A DNA stretch of 28,346 nt from Amoebophrya sp. A120 (lineage: Eukaryota; Protista; Dinoflagellata). The notes beneath the pieces are model-generated. The model was given only the letters and a program-made list of their open reading frames with translations, did not search any database and was not told the origin of the DNA. A program made the translations under genes and the position numbers. The DNA lies in NCBI GenBank assembly GCA_905178155.1, contig CAJINV010000004.1, forward strand, positions 9,270,765 to 9,299,110, read 5' to 3'. Position 1 is the first letter of the stretch. Every line of letters begins with the position of its first letter. Shown piece by piece: positions 25,501 through 28,346 of the stretch.

Positions 25501-26118
25501 TGCATGAGAAATCATTTCAACTTTGTTGATTTCAAACCTGACGCCTCCATACTCCGGGTGTTCCAATTTTTCGACGACAACCACGACCACCGGATTACGT
25601 ATTGAGAGGAAAAATCCCCCCTCCCCATATTGAAAAGGTATGTCTCCGGAAATTTGTGTTGCTGATTTGAGGTCACAAATCACATCTGTCTTGCAAGAAG
25701 ACAAGGGCAAAAGCTTCCGCCATATTATCGAGGCGATTTGTCATGCCGTTGGGCCTAAAGGGAGGCCGTTTGCCATGCTGAGCAACTAGACCCATACGCC
25801 CCCAGCTAGCCGGCGGATCTGGCCGCTATGCCTTTCTGCAACGCAAATCTGATTTGTGTACCCAAATCCAGCATCAGAAATTTCGTTTTGATATGGGGAG
25901 GGGGGATTTTTCCTTTTGATATTACGCAGATGGAGTTTGTGAAAGCCTTGAAGTGTCTAAACATCGCGATCAACCTCCGGGATCCGCCGTTGACGAAGCA
26001 ACAGATCCAAATGATGGCAGACCACTGCGTTTTGGATAAGGACGGGAGAATCGACTACGTGCTGTTTCTGAACGCATTGTGCATCTGCGACATGCAAACC
26101 GGAGAGATTTTTGATTAA
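19528..26118 (+). CDS. PPEF: Ser/Thr protein phosphatase with EF-hands (PPEF/RdgC-like), divergent expanded paralog 3, ~1837 aa, 5 exons
   Basis: Join 19528-23784,24064-24298,24454-25240,25557-25599,25927-26118 (5514 nt). Motifs [40 protein letters not shown]-like loops DKDQSGMLTEKE, DFNKTGKISYLE, DDNHDHRITQME. Ends CDMQTGEIFD*. Long S/T/A/G-rich insertions. Start codon is uncertain, and in-frame stopless introns cannot be excluded. Confidence 0.85.
23785..24058 (-). mobile_element. Introner, TIR family A, 274 bp, reverse orientation
   Basis: Left TATCAACTGCAAAAGTGTCCTCTGGGTCTGGAAG; right rc TATGAAATGCAAATATGTCTAGGTCTGGAAG. Flanks are GCGAA (23780-23784) and GCGAG (24059-24063). Interior is similar to 10913-11180. 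Removal gives SSETLLTKDQAASLIRTLTGYG. Confidence 0.9.
24299..24448 (-). mobile_element. Introner, TIR family B, 150 bp, reverse orientation relative to 1557-1706
   Basis: Left TATCCTGTGCAAAAGTATCGTA; right rc TATGCATTGCAAAAGTATCGTA. Direct repeat TTACA at 24294-24298 and 24449-24453. Removal gives LDICYTGY (paralogs: LEVCYTGY). Confidence 0.93.
25241..25551. mobile_element. Introner, TIR family E, 311 bp
   Basis: Left TATGGATGTGTCAGGATCGAAATCGTCAAAGTTGAAAT; right rc TATGGAGGCGTCAGGTTTGAAATCAACAAAGTTGAAAT. Direct repeat CTCCG at 25236-25240 and 25552-25556. Removal gives KQALLRVFQFFD. Confidence 0.9.
25600..25921. mobile_element. Introner, TIR family F, 322 bp
   Basis: Left TATTGAGAGGAAAAATCCCCCCTCCCCATAT; right rc TATCAAAAGGAAAAATCCCCCCTCCCCATAT. 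Direct repeat TTACG at 25595-25599 and 25922-25926. Removal gives HRITQMEFVKALKCLN. Confidence 0.92.
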
Positions 26119-26390
26119 GAAAGTACTTAATATACCTATACGCAGACGCATAGTTGTTAAGCTTAAGTACTTTACTTGCCAGAGCCAGTTCGGACTTTAT
26201 CTCCATACTGAAAGTGAAGATTTATCTTTCCATGATCTTGAATATTTTTGATTTTTTATACAAGACTTACGGTTCTTACTATGGTTCGACTTGGTCTGGC
26301 GCCTTTGTTGAACCAGTTATGTTGGAGGACATCGTGTAAGAAAGCCAGTTTTATTCAGGTTGCTGCATTGGAATCGAATCAATCGAAGCA

Positions 26391-26468
26391 TATGGATTGC
26401 AAAAGTGTCTGGGTCTGGAACAAGATTGTCACTTGTCGTGCTATTAAATACAAATCATGCAAGGAATC
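26391..26468 (+). mobile_element. Truncated family-A element end in apparently intergenic DNA
   Basis: TATGGATTGCAAAAGTGTCTGGGTCTGGAACAAGATTGTCACTTGTCGTGCTA matches the family-A terminus and subterminal sequence. No partner TIR was seen downstream. The right boundary is approximate. Confidence 0.7.
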
Positions 26469-27057
26469 GTATGCGGCAGTAGCTCCTGCTGACGCACAGC
26501 ATCCGCGGCCTCAAGCTTTGGCGTTCCTGCTCTGAATGGTTCATCCATTCAGAGTAACTGTGAAGGTGAAATCGGTTTTGAATCGTTCAAGAAAATCCAT
26601 CCATCACGGTAAGTCTGGATCGAAAGTTGAAATCCAGGAGGCTAAGTGGTCTCACCCAGGACGGTAAGTCCGGGTTCATCCTGGATGACATGTCTGAATC
26701 GAGAGTTGACAAAAAAAATGTAATGCATAATCTTGTGGACGGCGTCCCGTCGGTCTCGGTACTGGGTCGGTGTGACATGTACGATCGTATTGCTGCAACG
26801 AGAAGGAGAACGATAATGAGCTGGAATTTTATTCACAACACCAGTGCTTTTACTTTTACTTAGTACGCACAGGAGTTGCATGATGCCTTTTCGGTCGTTC
26901 TTATCCTAGTGTGCTGGAGGCGCAATTCCTCAAGAACATCCACACATCTGTCTTCTACTACGTGTAAGTTCATTATGATATTGCTCGGTTTTTTTGGCTG
27001 AATTCTCAAAAATACGTTCCCTCGGTGTCGCAGTCCATACTTCTTTTGGAAGTGCAA

Positions 27058-27146
27058 ATACATACATACATACATACATACATACATACATACATACATA
27101 CATACATACATACATACATACATACATACATACATACATACATACA
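27058..27146. repeat. (ATAC)n microsatellite, ~22 units
   Basis: Perfect ATAC tandem run. Confidence 0.97.
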
Positions 27147-28298
27147 TGCACCCAGATGAATTGTCGTATAAGATGAATTGTACCTCAATACGTATTAAGT
27201 ATCCAGCGAAGCTTGCAGCGTATCGTATTACGAAAGCCCCAAAACAGCGAGCAAAGCATTTCAGCAGCCAATTTCTTCAAAAGCGAAATTGGCGGACCTT
27301 GTGTCGTATTTGCCCAAAAACGGAGGCAATAACTCAGCAGCTGAATTGTCACAAAGCGAAGCAATTCAGCGCAGAAAGACAAAGCAGCCTATCTCGGTCG
27401 ATCGGAAATATATTTCCCGGCAAAAGCCAGCGACAAGCTTTGAAGCAAGAAGACAACAGCCCACGGTCGGAAATGGAAGTACCCGGCACGCTTACAGGCG
27501 CCTTCGATAGAAGCGCTCGCCCTACAAAACCGGTAGCGCGGAGAGCCTGCACGCGCGCTAGGGCTAGGCCTATGGCGCGACAAGCAGTGTGCGTGCGTGA
27601 GCGTGCCGACGTTTTCCGCATAGGAGTAGCACTCCTGCTTTCAAGCAAGAGCGAAAATAGGCAGCGCGCGCGCCCTAATTTCGCATGCACGCCAGCATGC
27701 GAAAAAGTGCCCGGGGGGGCGGGGGGGGGGAAGGCCGCCCGCAAGCGTTATGGTTTATGCCAGGCGCGAGGCGTGCCGAAATAGTTAGACCGGGGGGCTT
27801 GCGGCAATTTGCTCGGAACCCTGCACCGCCACACGCGCACTCATGGGCATGGTCTATGCCCAGGGCCCGGGAGAGCATTCCTTGGCAGGACCTCCACAAA
27901 CTGGCTGCGGTAGAACGCAGCGCGTGCAGCTTTTTACCCGTTGCGCCATGCTTTGGGCCCCGAACAATCAAGCCTGCGCGGATCACATGATAGTCACGTG
28001 ATAATCATATGATTTTTGCGGTCCATTAGCCATTTTGAGTTGTTTTCATCACGTGATAATCACATGATTATCACGTGATGACAACCCCGGAAAGGCGGCG
28101 ACTAAAGTTGCGAGATATGACGCGCCCCCCGTCATACGTGGAACCCAAAGCGGCAAAACAGTAAGGATTTACGAAGAAAACTCAGCAAAGACGAAAGTCG
28201 AACGTATGAGCTATATTGTGGCAATTCAGTTCGCGCCAGGAACGGCGCAAAAAAAAGTCAAAAAAGCAACTCAGCATAGGACAACTCAGATTACTGCA
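27147..28298. mobile_element. Putative ~1.15-kb non-autonomous TIR element between two CATA microsatellites
   Basis: Left TGCA-cccaga-TGAATTGTCGTAT-aaga-TGAATTG; right rc TGCA-gtaatc-TGAGTTGTCCTAT-gc-TGAGTTG. Several AA(C/T)TCAG motifs lie near both ends, and no convincing ORF is present. Confidence 0.5.
27983..28081. repeat. Two triplets of TCAYRTGA at 11-bp period; the second forms a 17-bp-arm palindrome
   Basis: Copies at 27983, 27994, 28005 and at 28049, 28060, 28071. Positions 28046-28081 read TCATCACGTGATAATCA-CA-TGATTATCACGTGATGA. Confidence 0.85.
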
Positions 28299-28346
28299 TA
28301 CATACATACAGACATACAGACATACAGACATACAGACATACAGACA
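28297..28346. repeat. (CATA)n then (CATACAGA)n microsatellite
   Basis: CATA x3, then alternating CAGA/CATA to the window end. Confidence 0.93.

Noticed and set aside
1464-26118. Reading the fragmented phosphatase ORFs as transposon-disrupted pseudogenes
   Set aside because: After removing the elements there are no stops or frameshifts, all catalytic motifs are intact, and differences between paralogs look mostly synonymous. Not fully excluded without RNA data.
26530-26554. 10-bp-stem hairpin CTCTGAATGG-TTCAT-CCATTCAGAG
   Set aside because: It is isolated, with no supporting context, and could be chance.
26860-27188. ORFs with MYVC or TYIH repeats
   Set aside because: These are translations of the (ATAC)n microsatellite.
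27146-27990. 212-aa and nearby ORFs as a possible transposase
   Set aside because: No DDE, HTH or zinc-finger pattern was recognised; the composition fits a chance ORF in GC-rich DNA.
28027-28037. TAGCCATTTTG matching part of the dinoflagellate spliced leader; also CTCAAG just before ATG 19528
   Set aside because: Matches of only 11 and 6 nt are too short to call an SL gene or relic.

Overview
Eukaryotic genomic window, probably from an alveolate. The intron style suggests the parasitic dinoflagellate Amoebophrya (Syndiniales); this is inference, not shown directly. It holds four plus-strand genes. Three are paralogous PPP-family Ser/Thr phosphatases with C-terminal EF-hands (PPEF/RdgC type): 1464-6244, 7909-12750 and 19528-26118. 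The fourth is an ~1100-aa orphan protein (14223-17684). The main feature is 11 insertions of 150-322 bp inside these coding sequences. Each starts TAT, ends ATA, has terminal inverted repeats (at least 6 TIR types) and is flanked by a 5-bp direct repeat. Removing the element plus one repeat restores the conserved protein exactly, yet that removal cannot be read as GT-AG. They look like MITE-derived non-canonical introns (introners). They occur in both orientations, at paralog-specific sites, and share an internal TTGT(C/G/A)ATGC motif. Seven ordinary GT-AG introns also occur. The left end is a GC-rich minisatellite. The right end is a ~1.15-kb TIR-like element inside (CATA)n repeats that carries a phased TCAYRTGA palindrome array. 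No transposase is visible.
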